From: Flectonema sp. DT1601
Taxonomy: Eukaryota
NCBI GenBank assembly: GCA_964019425.1
Contig: OZ025802.1
Span: 496,001-560,000, forward strand
Length of the DNA stretch: 64,000 bases
Reading direction: 5' to 3'
This document shows, one piece after another, positions 9,117 to 19,887 of this stretch; the stretch's first letter is position 1; each line of letters begins with the position of its first letter. The position numbers were made by a program, and so were the translations under genes. Below the pieces are notes generated by a model. That model was not told the DNA's origin. It worked only from the letters and a program-made list of their open reading frames with translations, and searched no databases.

Positions 9117-11198
9117 GAGGTTATTATTGTTGTTGTGAAGGGGGGGATTTATTATTTTTTTTTTTCCCCATACCTGACGAGCATCGATCATTGTCGATAA
9201 GTTTTTATTGCTGGATAGAAGTGTACCAGAAGAGTTCATGGTAAATAATAAGATAGCATCAGCAACACCAAACTTTGACATGAAATCTGATAAGAAATTC
9301 AACGAGTAGTCTGCTGCCCAGACTCCCATCGTTGGTGCTGATGAATTCCAGTCTCCTCCAAGAGCTCTTTTTACAACAGAAATACCAACTTCTTCGCTGC
9401 CAAAAATGTATGGCAACGTCCAGCTTGACTGTTTTTTTTTTTTTTTTTTTTTTTTTAATACCAAAGTTCAGATTAGTGTGAAAAAAAAAAAAAAAAATAA
9501 ATAAATAAAAATACCTCATCGATACTAAGGGAGGAATCTACCGCATCAGTGTACCAGACTCTTGAGGTTGGTTTATCTCCTCTTTTTATGTCGTCTTGGA
9601 TGGTGGGTTCAATAAGAGGTTCCACATCAGAATCATAAAACCCAGCACCAGAACACCCTGCATAGTCATTCGGTGGATAGCACGTCCACAGCTGAAGCTT
9701 TTCATCTCCAGTGTTATTTTTTACTCTTTTGTATCCAATAAACGTTCCATTCTCAAACCCGATGTACAACCACGTGAGTTCGATGTATATTGTCATCACT
9801 CCTTTTAAAGCTTTTTTTAATAATTGTCTTTGTGGTTCGTTCTGGATGCTAATTGTACCGCATTCATCACACCAACCATCGTGAAGAGCTCCGTTATTGT
9901 AGTACTGGTTTAGTAGAGTGGTGGCGGATAACGCCGAGGTTAAGTATTGTGTGACTTCAAAATGGAAATGGTTCAATGTTCTATTACGAAGATCAAAACT
10001 AGCATCCTGTTTATGTATTTGTTTTTTGAGTGCTTTTTTATTTCATACTTTGACATAAAGAAATACAAACCTCTAAAGCAGACAAGCATGTTAATTGTAA
10101 TACACAACCTTGTTGAGTGTTAGACGTTACTTGATAGAAGTCTGCTGGTTGAGAGAACACAGCTACTAACCATTTTAACTGATTGTATTGAATTCCAATC
10201 GCATCATAAGTATAATTACGACCTTGGATGATCATTAGCCCTTCCTTCGCTTTGGTTACGATATCAGTCCAGTTGGAATTTGGATTTCCAAAGTCCGGAT
10301 GGTCTTGAAATATTCTCTTCGCTCCTTCAGAGATCACAGTATCGTTACTATCCTCAGCGAGTATAACTTTATTGCTATCTCCTTTATTATTAGCAAGCAG
10401 GCTACCATCTGAAGAGATGAATACTATTGTGCTTACACCTGCTACTGGAATCTGTTTTATAAATTTATTTAAGAATCCAAGTTCGTAATCAGCAGCAATC
10501 ACACCATGACTCTGACCATTTATAACTAATTCTCTCACGTATGATAATCCGAGATTACCTCCAGTGAATTCATAGTGAGTAGTCCATCCCTTGTTGTTTG
10601 TAACTCCGAAATTATACCATTCCCTGTTAGTGATATTGTATGAGGTTTGTGTGTAGAGTAAGGTTACTTTATCACTTCCAGATTGACCTGTTGGATCAGT
10701 TGAATACGCTTCTAATAAATCATTACCAGTAGTGATAAGTCTGATTAGTGTTCCAGGAGATAGTTTCGGAGGAGGTTGCACTGACGTGGTGTTATCACCG
10801 TAGTTACATGCAGTTCCTGATAGTTCGCATGGATAGGCTCGTCGAAAACCAAAAAAATTATGAGTAGCAGTATCACCATAGTATATCCAGTCTAGTTCAG
10901 GAGAGTTTTCAAGTTGATTCCACAGATGTTCGAGGAGGGCTATTTCATTCCTTTGAACAGTCATATTCATATCAAGTATCTCGTCAGTCATCGCCATTCT
11001 TGTTAAAGCAACAGTTGCTGGTGCTACTTCTAAGTTAGTCTCAACTTCTTGTTGAAGTCTGTCAGTTATTCTTTCTCTTATGTGACTCACAACATCATCA
11101 ACTTGTTTTTCACAAACACCTTTTTCCATACACGGCTGACCTACTGCTGCTACAAACAGTAGGCTGTATAACATAACAACATATATGTGAGAAGACAT
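8591..11198 (-). CDS. Type I membrane protein with two tandem extracellular dCache_1-like domains (~788 aa); exons 10071-11198, 9515-10006, 9174-9428, 8591-9082
   Basis: Three GT-AG introns (10007-10070, 9429-9514, 9083-9173) join four ORF-track fragments in frame. Signal peptide; YNITNREWY...Y...GVIAAD and PTSRVWY...Y...GVWAAD; one TM segment (WAIGVIILSIICCCFLCFLVF); short acidic tail. Confidence 0.85.
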
Positions 11199-13007
11199 AT
11201 CAAAATAAACACCTGTGTCTTATCAGAAAAGACTAATTAAAAAAACACATAAATTATCAAATGTGGAATAACGATCGAACTTCCGTGGTTGGCTCTATTC
11301 TTTTTTTTTTTTTTTCTCTTCTTTCTTTTTGACTTACTTTTAAATAGTAAACCCCCCGAGAACAAACACAAACTATAAAATGAGGTAAATGCCCAGCAGT
11401 GAGAATGCTGCCAGACGCGAAACTGAATAAAGAAAAAAAAAAAAAAAAAAAAAAAAAAAACCGGTAACATACAGAACGACAAAAACTAAACAAACAAATC
11501 AAGGATCACGCCTACATGTCTACATGTAGATAATTGTGACTCAGGTCACTGGTTAAGTGTTTAAATTTAAAAAAAAAAAAAAAAAGGAAATCTTTGAAAA
11601 TTCGTAATAGATGTACTCGATTTCATTTCCAAGAGATAACAAACACAAATTCAGCAACATACACACCACAGATGGAATAATATTAATTAGTCTGTCTGAG
11701 TATTTGAAGATTGTTTTTACAATGAGTCAATGTGACTATTTTCTTACTCGGGGTGTAAATACACAGCGAATTCTAACAACAATCGGATGAGATAAAAGTC
11801 GTACACTCTGAGCTTTGAGTGAAGCTAACGTCGAAATCGATCGAAAGGACTTCAAACAAATATATTATAATTTTATGGTAGGCGTGAGTGCGGGTCTTAT
11901 GGCACCGATCTGGTGAGGTACAGTGATTTCACAAGACGGAATCCACTGCTAAACCGTAAACGATCACAAAATAAAGAATAAATCAATAAATCGTAAGACA
12001 TTATTATTAGTTAGTATTAATAATTATCAGTCAATCAAATGCAAAACTTCGTAGGACAACACAAACAAATAATAGTTGGTTTCTAAAATTAAAAAGTAAG
12101 GGACACTGCGGCCTGTCCTACTCATCGCGTTTGCGCTTCTGCAAAGGGACTACGTCAACATGGTTATTTCTTTTACCATTCAACTCAGTCCCTCATTTGT
12201 ATTATTAGTTAGAGTCCAACAAGCCTATTGAATACAACGAGGAAAAAAAAAAAATCCCTCGTTGGCACGCAACTGTTACCAATCACAATAAAGAAATAGG
12301 TTACGCTGCCCACAATTTTCTTTCTCGCTGAACAGGTTTTTGTAGGTACGAAAGTAGGTTTTTGTTGGTACGAAAAAAAAAAAAAAAAAACATAGCATGC
12401 TGGAAAGTTAGACGCCAATAATCTAACTAGGAAAATCATTAACGATGATCGATACTAAAGAGCAATACTTTTAAGAAGGACAAGATGGTAGTAACAAACA
12501 ATAAGAACAGACGAACTCTAAGAAAACAATGACAGAGATAGTTCTCATCTTCACTGTCTCATATATGGGGACTTTGGACAACGTAGAAACAGTTATATAA
12601 ACTTATTAAATATTAACATAAGCAATAAGATTTAACTGAATGACAGAAGGTTAAGCTTCATTCATGGTGACGGGAGGACAGAAATTTACAGTCTCTTCAG
12701 TACTCGACAAAAAGACGGCATAAAATAAATGGGATAACTGATATATTGGAATACTACTAAGTACCAATCTGACCATCTTTGTGGGTATCAAAATAGTAAG
12801 GAGATGGTGTTGATATTATTGAAGCGAGTGATGAGCAACAACAAATTCAAAAATAAAGTAAAAAAAATGAAAGTTATCATTTTTTTTTCCCCCAATAAAT
12901 GAGATAAAAGAAACGTTGTGAAAAAAAAAAAAAAAAAAAATGAAAAAAGTTTCCATTTCTCGCCATTAAAATGGTGATGGAGAGTGTACATAGGAAAGAA
13001 GAGGGTA

Positions 13008-13073
13008 ACAACTGAATTATTGTATCACAATATAACATAACGATAATATAACATCTGTTAAGGATACAGTGAA
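13008..13073. repeat. Dispersed repeat A, copy 1 (copy 2 at ~63793-63854)
   Basis: Identical 21-mer atctgttaaggatacagtgaa at 13053 and 63834, with shared upstream acaactg, ttgtatc and aacataacgat. Confidence 0.7.
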
Positions 13074-13301
13074 AAAGGTTTCGAGAGTAATGCATACGTC
13101 TCTCTAACCATCAAGAAGGGGGGTCTGAACTAACGTCGTAGTCAGGAATTGAAAGAAAGGAGAAAAGGTCAAATACTGCTACCTAACTTCGAAAAACACG
13201 AAAATAAATATAAAATAGACTTTAATCAAACAGATAATGAACCAAAAAAAAATGGAAAACTACCGCTTGTCCCGTTTTAACTTTCAGACCTTGGTTTCGG
13301 A

Positions 13302-15725
13302 CTACCGTACCAATGTCTCAAGGCCTTCGTTTGCCTCATTCGCAGTGTGTCCACAGGAAAGTTTTCGAATGCCTTCTTTTTGTATCATAATAGCGATTGC
13401 CATTTTTATCACACCATCATTTCCCTGGTATTTCGTTAATTCAAATATATTTTCTGATATGTACGCATCTCTGTATGCTGAAGACCATTCCCAGTCGTCT
13501 TTTGGATCATCAATGAAGTTTTCTAATCTCAAAACACCATCTATTAATCTGTGTTCACGTAATTGATAAAGGATAACCGCTTCACAAGACGATTTAGTTG
13601 TTGTGATTGACCATCTGCTGAGTGGTCTACAAATAGTTGCCATTGCTGGGTCACATGATAAAGGAGGGTGTTCAGGCATTGAAGCATGCATTACGAAAAC
13701 ACCGAACTCAGCAGCTGTATCAGCAAGGATGCTTGAAGCTTCAGAACAGGCTCCTATCACTACTGCGAATTTATGACTGCTGGTCCCGACATTTCCATGG
13801 AGGACGCTTCCAGTGACGAGACCAATATTTATCCTACCCGGCCACATTGAATTCTCTTGAAATCGACTATCAAAATCTCTTCTGACAACACCAGCAAATT
13901 TTACTGATTGAAACTGATGACCTGATCCACTCTTTGATACATTCCACGAACACGTGACTGCCATCCCTGAGAGTGATACAACAGTTCCTTCAGTTCTATT
14001 TAATGAATCCATCACACAACTAATAATATCATTAACGGGTTTTAAAGGATTATCACATCTTTGTAAACAACTAAACGCTACTCTAACATGTCCCATTGTG
14101 ACTGACTTCTTCTTCTGAAGTTGACATTGTAGGGCAGCGTGAAGCTCATTAATTCCAACAAGACCAGTCATTCCGTCAACTAACTTGCTGTGTGACTGAA
14201 CAGATGACACTGAGTTTTGATATGTTCCAGAAGCCTGGATATGTTGTCTTAAGGTTTTCTCAGCTTCTCTTTTACGTTCCGGGTATTCTTGATTAATGAG
14301 AAAATACAATTCTGAGACTTGGAATGATGTTCTGGTGCTTGAAGTAGAGTTCAAACCAGCTGGGATTATAAAAGGTTGAATCATCATACCTTGATTGATT
14401 TCATACAAAACCGCATCAGTAACAACAGTAACACCTCCAATAGCTTTACTGTGTTCAAGGTTTGCTGCAATTGTAATAGAAGCTCCCCAGTAGTCAACTT
14501 GCCATTTATTCCACTGTTCAATCTCTACAGGGCCGTAGTGAACAGCCATTTTCACTAAGGGTCCATTGTGTTCGCTGCCAGCTTTTTTAAAACATTCCAA
14601 CTGAAGCAACTCAGCATCCCACTCTTGGTTCTGCATCATAACGTGTACATCCATACAATAGTTAACAGCATCGATTGCCGTATCAAAAGCTAGCATGAAC
14701 GTTTCACTTGAGTTCTTTATCTCTCTTCCTCTGATGTACTTCGACAACACCTCTCTTATAACTCGTCTGTAAGTCTGAACAGCTTTCCTTGTTATGATTG
14801 GAAGCCTCTCCCACATCGTTGATATATTTTCAATTCCCGTGCACACAATTGCTGCTATACTATTTTCTTTACCAGGGATTATACCAGGTAGGGTAACCGC
14901 ACTAGTTACTTGACGATTGAGAACTGAATCCGGTAAAAAGGGTTCGTACATATGTAAGTTATTAAGAAGCTCAACAAAAGCGCAGTGGATGCCGTCTCTA
15001 TCCCTGTCTACTAGTTCTTCGGCTGTTGTTAAGTCAAACTTTGCCATTGCAACTGCTACCGATTCGGCTAATCTAACAGCATCGTTTGCTTTATGGCGTT
15101 CTGACCTCATTCCTTGAGCAAACCATCTAGTGAGAGCGTAGTCACCTAAGAATATATACATCCTTGTAAAGCCAAGTAGACAAGAGACGAACCATCCAGT
15201 TGGCTCTCTCGTTGATATCCCCGTGTTGTTGGGAAAGATGTCATAGATACCAACCCCTTCAGCTTCTTCAATTATTTTTATAATTAAATAACAAACAGTC
15301 ATCGACTGTAATATTCTAGTACACGTTGTACTACATTGAACGAGTAGACAAACATCCATTAATAAAGTAATACCAATCCAACTATCATGCATACCGTGAG
15401 TCATCCAGTCTTGAAGTAATACGAATATACCACTAGCGAACATTAATAGATCCGCATGAACTCGTCGTATCTCTTTTGTTATTAGGATGCGAATTGTTTC
15501 AGCGACTAGGATGACTAACATTGTTAGCTCCAGAACGAAATTTGGATATTTTTTTGACACCCCAGCGTCTACCACAATACCACAGAATAACACTATTGTG
15601 ATCATACAAAATGGAAATATCACCCACTTTCTCATCCTTTCTTCTTCTGTATCCGAATCGAGTAGGATATTTCTCACAAATCCCCCAAAAATGTATTCAT
15701 ATGCCCTGCTCGCTTCCGTAGACAT
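13302..15725 (-). CDS. Multi-TM protein with two degenerate class III nucleotide cyclase domains
   Basis: About 6 N-terminal hydrophobic segments. AIVCTGIENISTMWE...EIKNSSETFMLAF...KMAVHYG...DYWG resembles the trypanosomatid/fungal-type AC fold with the catalytic Asp residues replaced. A second domain contains INIGLVTGSVLHGNVG. Confidence 0.75.
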   Translation of the reverse strand: MSTEASRAYEYIFGGFVRNILLDSDTEEERMRKWVIFPFCMITIVLFCGIVVDAGVSKKYPNFVLELTMLVILVAETIRILITKEIRRVHADLLMFASGIFVLLQDWMTHGMHDSWIGITLLMDVCLLVQCSTTCTRILQSMTVCYLIIKIIEEAEGVGIYDIFPNNTGISTREPTGWFVSCLLGFTRMYIFLGDYALTRWFAQGMRSERHKANDAVRLAESVAVAMAKFDLTTAEELVDRDRDGIHCAFVELLNNLHMYEPFLPDSVLNRQVTSAVTLPGIIPGKENSIAAIVCTGIENISTMWERLPIITRKAVQTYRRVIREVLSKYIRGREIKNSSETFMLAFDTAIDAVNYCMDVHVMMQNQEWDAELLQLECFKKAGSEHNGPLVKMAVHYGPVEIEQWNKWQVDYWGASITIAANLEHSKAIGGVTVVTDAVLYEINQGMMIQPFIIPAGLNSTSSTRTSFQVSELYFLINQEYPERKREAEKTLRQHIQASGTYQNSVSSVQSHSKLVDGMTGLVGINELHAALQCQLQKKKSVTMGHVRVAFSCLQRCDNPLKPVNDIISCVMDSLNRTEGTVVSLSGMAVTCSWNVSKSGSGHQFQSVKFAGVVRRDFDSRFQENSMWPGRINIGLVTGSVLHGNVGTSSHKFAVVIGACSEASSILADTAAEFGVFVMHASMPEHPPLSCDPAMATICRPLSRWSITTTKSSCEAVILYQLREHRLIDGVLRLENFIDDPKDDWEWSSAYRDAYISENIFELTKYQGNDGVIKMAIAIMIQKEGIRKLSCGHTANEANEGLETLVR

Positions 15726-15921
15726 ATTTAATGAGGTATTCTGAGGTAGTGTGTAATAGGATGATTGTTGACCTACACATTGACAATTACATTATTGACG
15801 GATAAAAACAGTAATAGACTGCAATATGGAAATGTCTTCTACGAAAACATAGATAATAAAATTAAGCGGGAAAAAAATAAAAGTAACGTTTTCTTACCAA
15901 AAATCGAGTAACTTTAACAAT

Positions 15922-17208
15922 TCATTCTCTCTTACGTGTTGAAACAGGGTGGTTTGAAGTCCTTCGCATACCTCTGCCTTCGTACGTTCGTTTATCTTGC
16001 ATCAATCGCTTGAAATCTGATAGTTCATGTTGTCTACCAAATGCCTTAAGAAATCTACTGTACACAACAATAGCGAATTGTACTTTATCAGCTGGTAAGA
16101 GGGTCTTTAACGCGTGATTTATGGCTGCAGAGGCTGCTTCCCTAAGATAGTATTCATCATCGGGTCTGCCATCAGCACTTTGAAACCTATTATGCACGCA
16201 CTCAATTACATTTATCTCAACCTGAGTTAGAACAATGTGAGTTAATTTTTTCGCTTCCTTTGCAACTTTGAAAATTCCTTTGACATCTCCGGTACCGCGG
16301 TAGACCATTAGACGTGAATTCCAACACATTTCATTAGGAGTAGTGATTCTGATGAGTTGGTCGAAAATATTCTCAACGTTAGCAACGTCTTTCTTATGAG
16401 CTAATGCTCTAAGAAATAAACCATAAGTACGAATGGATATGAATGTACCTTTAGCTTCCATGTTTCGAATAATTTCAGAACCTTCAGAAAAATTACTAGC
16501 ACTGTGTAGCAGTGCTTGGCAGAGACCTTCATTTGGGTGATTATATGTTTCTTTAAAGAATTTGATAGCTTTTCGTTTATCACATCTTGATAACGCTTTA
16601 AGATACTCGTGTCCGTGGGAGATGTGATTTCCAGCTTTGAGAAAGGCTTTCCAAGTCCATTCAACAGCGTCAAGATCTCTGTTGTCTCCGTGGTATCGCA
16701 TTATAATATTCCAAGTATTGGTGTTAATGGTGAGTTTCTTTCTTATAACAGTCTCCCAAATATGTTGAGTTGAGGCCTTATCTCTGTCTTCGAGTGTTGC
16801 TCTCATTAACGCTTCAATAGTGAGAGGTCCAACATCACATCCCATGTCTTTGAATTGTAATACTTCATCTAAAAGACATCCGATTGGTCCATCTCTCCAT
16901 TCTACTTCTCTAGCTCTGAAATGTGATTCTCCTCTGATCTCTTTGCTGATGGCTTGCCGAACGTACTTTGCTACTCGTTCATCACCCCAAGGCCATGATC
17001 CTTCTTCTGATGATATTTTTACTTTAAAATTACTTTCCTTAACAGGAAGTTCTTCATGTTCACTTTTTGGAGTTGGAGGTCGTTCTCTCTCTCTGATTGG
17101 AACATTCAAATCTCCCTTCAATCGATTCTTTACTAATACTCCCCACTGCGTGCCTCCTCCAAGTTTCCATGTAGACAGCCATCGAACTCCGCTTTTTGAG
17201 TTCAGCAT
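15922..17208 (-). CDS. PPR-like helical repeat protein, probably mitochondrial
   Basis: Presequence-like N-terminus MLNSKSGVRWLST. PPR-like motifs NTNTWNIIMRYHG, SIRTYGLFLRALA, PNEMCWNSRLMVY. Confidence 0.6.
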   Translation of the reverse strand: MLNSKSGVRWLSTWKLGGGTQWGVLVKNRLKGDLNVPIRERERPPTPKSEHEELPVKESNFKVKISSEEGSWPWGDERVAKYVRQAISKEIRGESHFRAREVEWRDGPIGCLLDEVLQFKDMGCDVGPLTIEALMRATLEDRDKASTQHIWETVIRKKLTINTNTWNIIMRYHGDNRDLDAVEWTWKAFLKAGNHISHGHEYLKALSRCDKRKAIKFFKETYNHPNEGLCQALLHSASNFSEGSEIIRNMEAKGTFISIRTYGLFLRALAHKKDVANVENIFDQLIRITTPNEMCWNSRLMVYRGTGDVKGIFKVAKEAKKLTHIVLTQVEINVIECVHNRFQSADGRPDDEYYLREAASAAINHALKTLLPADKVQFAIVVYSRFLKAFGRQHELSDFKRLMQDKRTYEGRGMRRTSNHPVSTRKRE

Positions 17209-18733
17209 AAGTACTGAAAAACTGTAGATAACTCCTTCAATATAATCAGCTTAGCTGTCTGCTGTGACTCATCGTGGTCTTTTCATCTATTGAGTTCTGT
17301 GTAAGGAATATTAAAAGCAAATATTACATTTTATTTTAACTGGTAGCTCGATCGTTCACGCCTGTTGTAACATTGGTACTGGATGGGTGGCCTTTTTTTT
17401 ATATCTCTTTTTTTTTTTTGTTGCTGTTGTTCGACTTTGGTGTCGGCCTCTTTAAATTTAAAAAAAAGAGTTTTTCTTTGGATCACTTGTCGTCACTCAA
17501 CCGATCCGGGTGTGCTATTTCCTTATGTCTATCGTGACTGTTGAAGATCGGGGCGCTCATGTTAGTAAGAATTCCTAACCGTTCTTACGACTGACGTAAG
17601 GTGAATTCTCAGAATCTCATTTTCACTGTTTCTGCTTGTCCGATTAATGTGGACCTTAACGTGGACCTGTTCAAGGATGCTGCTGACTCGTACTTTAAAA
17701 CCGTCGAACTCTGTGTTCCTAATCTCGGGTACTCAGATAACCTTACCACTCGTCAACTTCTTCTGAACTAAGACTGCCTCGCATAATATTCTTTCAATTC
17801 ACCTTGGTAATTTTTCATGCCTCGCAAAACTCTATTCTCACAGCACACTACCTACCTGCCACCTCGTCACTTTTTTTTCTTACCGCTTGTACGTGTTGTT
17901 GCGTGATTTCACCGCCTTCATTGCTGCTTCGTGTTCCCCTCATTTCTGGTTTCTTGTCAGGCTCTTTTGTCAGTTGTTTTTATTGCTCGAGCACTTTTTT
18001 TTTTGTTTTTTTTTTAGTTGCTTTCTTTTTCTCGTTTCTTTCTTTTATAATGTAAAAAAAGCAAAAAAAAAAAAAAAGACTTATCAGTTCTGGGACGACG
18101 TGCTTCCATTCCTGCAACACTCTCTTTTATTAAAGAGTTATGTAGCAAGAAGAAGAAAGAAGATCATGTTTTTTTTGGTAGTATACCCCAAGCCATGATG
18201 AAGTATCACATTGGTCCTGTTCCGTTTGTTTTTTTCCTCCTCTTTTGCTTTTTTTAAAAAAAAAAAACTTTATACATTTCTTAGTCGTTTTCATAAACTG
18301 AAATAAACAAACAGATAAGTTGTATGACCCCACTGGATTCAAAAGCAAATTTAAATAAAGAATCAATTTCAGAGACTAACATTCTTCGTGAATTGTACAT
18401 CTACTGACCACCAACCAGAAGAGAATTAAGTGCTTGACAACACACCCGTAGTCAAACCATTATGTATGGGTTGATTAGGTTGCGACAATTAAATAATTAC
18501 TCTACCAGATGGAAATCAATACTATACTACCCACTGATTATAAATGTCACGACGCTGTTGGTTCTCACTCAAACCGTGTTTTGCACACAGCGTGGTTAAA
18601 CTTAACTGATTGTCAATCAGTACTGGCATAGTCTCATTATTATTTCCTCATTGTGGGTTTTTTTTTTTTTTTTTCTCTTCTTCTTTTTTTTTTTGCGTGC
18701 GCGTAATATGCAAAAAAAAAAAATATAAATAAT

Positions 18734-19505
18734 CATAGATGGAAGTGCCCTCCAAATTTGGAGGGCGCCTGGTGAAAATCAGCCACAAAAATTTGTAGGG
18801 CCAAAATAGGGCCATTGTAGGGCCAAAATAGGGCCAAAATAGGGCGCTGGAGGGCGCGTAGGGCGCTTTTTTAATTAAATTTAATATAATGCCGAGCTCA
18901 TTTTGACACACCCCTGCCCTCAGCGAGGGTCGAATCGCATCTTATTTGACTTTTCTCCGGTTCGCCCGATCAAATGCGTCTCTGGGATATCAGTTTACTT
19001 GCCACCAGTAAACTTCTTTTTTTTTCTCACAAGGTACCGTGAAGACCGACCTATTAACAGGCTAGCAAGAACGCACTCTCTCCCTCCTCGAATCCCTCTA
19101 TATTCGACTCGGTGCATTCTGCGGGCTAATCAGCTCCTTGTAGATCTGGGATGCATCGTCCACTGAAATGAGTTTCAGCTTCAGGGATTGCACTAGGCTC
19201 CGGAAGCTCTCAAGGAGTGGCCCATTGTTTTTGCCATTGTTGACCTCCGAACCATGACCTGGAGGTCTCGGGTTCGAACCCCGTGACACCCTTTTTTCTC
19301 TTTTTCGAAAGACTGCCAAGCATGTCAAAATTTTTTTTGGCTTCTGAGTCAAAATACTTGTGCGTCAGTGTAAGTCGACGTCAATTTAGCTGTCTTATAG
19401 TAATAAAAAAGGTAAAAAAAAGCGCCCTCCAAAATAATATTTATATTAAAAGCGCCCTACAAGCGCCCTACACGCCCTCCAAATTGTAGGGCACTTCCAT
19501 CTATG
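18734..19505. mobile_element. Non-autonomous DNA transposon (MITE-like), 772 bp
   Basis: Left TIR catagatggaagtgccctccaaatttggagggcg (18734-18767) matches the reverse complement of 19473-19505 (catagatggaagtgccctacaatttggagggcg). Flanking direct repeat AATAAT at 18728-18733 and 19506-19511. Subterminal AGGGC/GCCCT repeats in inverted orientation at the two ends. Confidence 0.9.
19218..19297 (+). other. Degenerate tRNA-derived (SINE-like) cassette inside the TIR element
   Basis: AGGTC variable loop followed by T-arm tcggg-TTCGAAC-cccgt (B box ggttcgaacc at 19271-19280) and a T6 run. Possible A-box remnant tggcccattg at 19218. Acceptor and anticodon stems do not pair. Confidence 0.6.
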
Positions 19506-19887
19506 AATAATATTAAAAAAAAACTTTTTTTTTTTTTTTTTTAAAAAAAACCCCTCCCTAAAATAAAAAAAAATAAAAAAAATTCTTCCTATCACAAAAT
19601 TACCTAATGTATTATATATGCAAGTCAGTTATAGCTTTTTGTTGGATTCAAAACCTACAACTGCGAAAATATTAAAAAAGAAAAAGGAAAATGTGCAAGT
19701 GTTACGTTGTCAAGCAACGTTGGAAACACCGAAATAGAGAAGGAAAGGAAAAAAAAAAATAGAAATGTGATGTTTAATATTCTGCATTTTTTATTCTCTG
19801 AACACCTACCTCAAAATATCAACTCCAAAGTTATCTCGTTGTGAGTACCTTCGAATCAAGGCAACAGTTCTGATTTTAGATGTTAAT

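Noticed and set aside
3047..11198. Stop-codon reassignment
   Set aside because: TGA (metE, cyclophilin), TAG (folC) and TAA (dCache gene) all end proteins at expected positions, and long ORFs have no internal stops.
11237..13095. Short poly-Phe/poly-Lys ORFs here and near 18, 21.7, 37, 40.3, 49.7-50.4 and 63 kb
   Set aside because: Translations of A/T homopolymer tracts in intergenic DNA.
19218..19297. Functional tRNA-Met gene
   Set aside because: Acceptor and anticodon stems do not pair and U33 is missing; only the T-arm is good.
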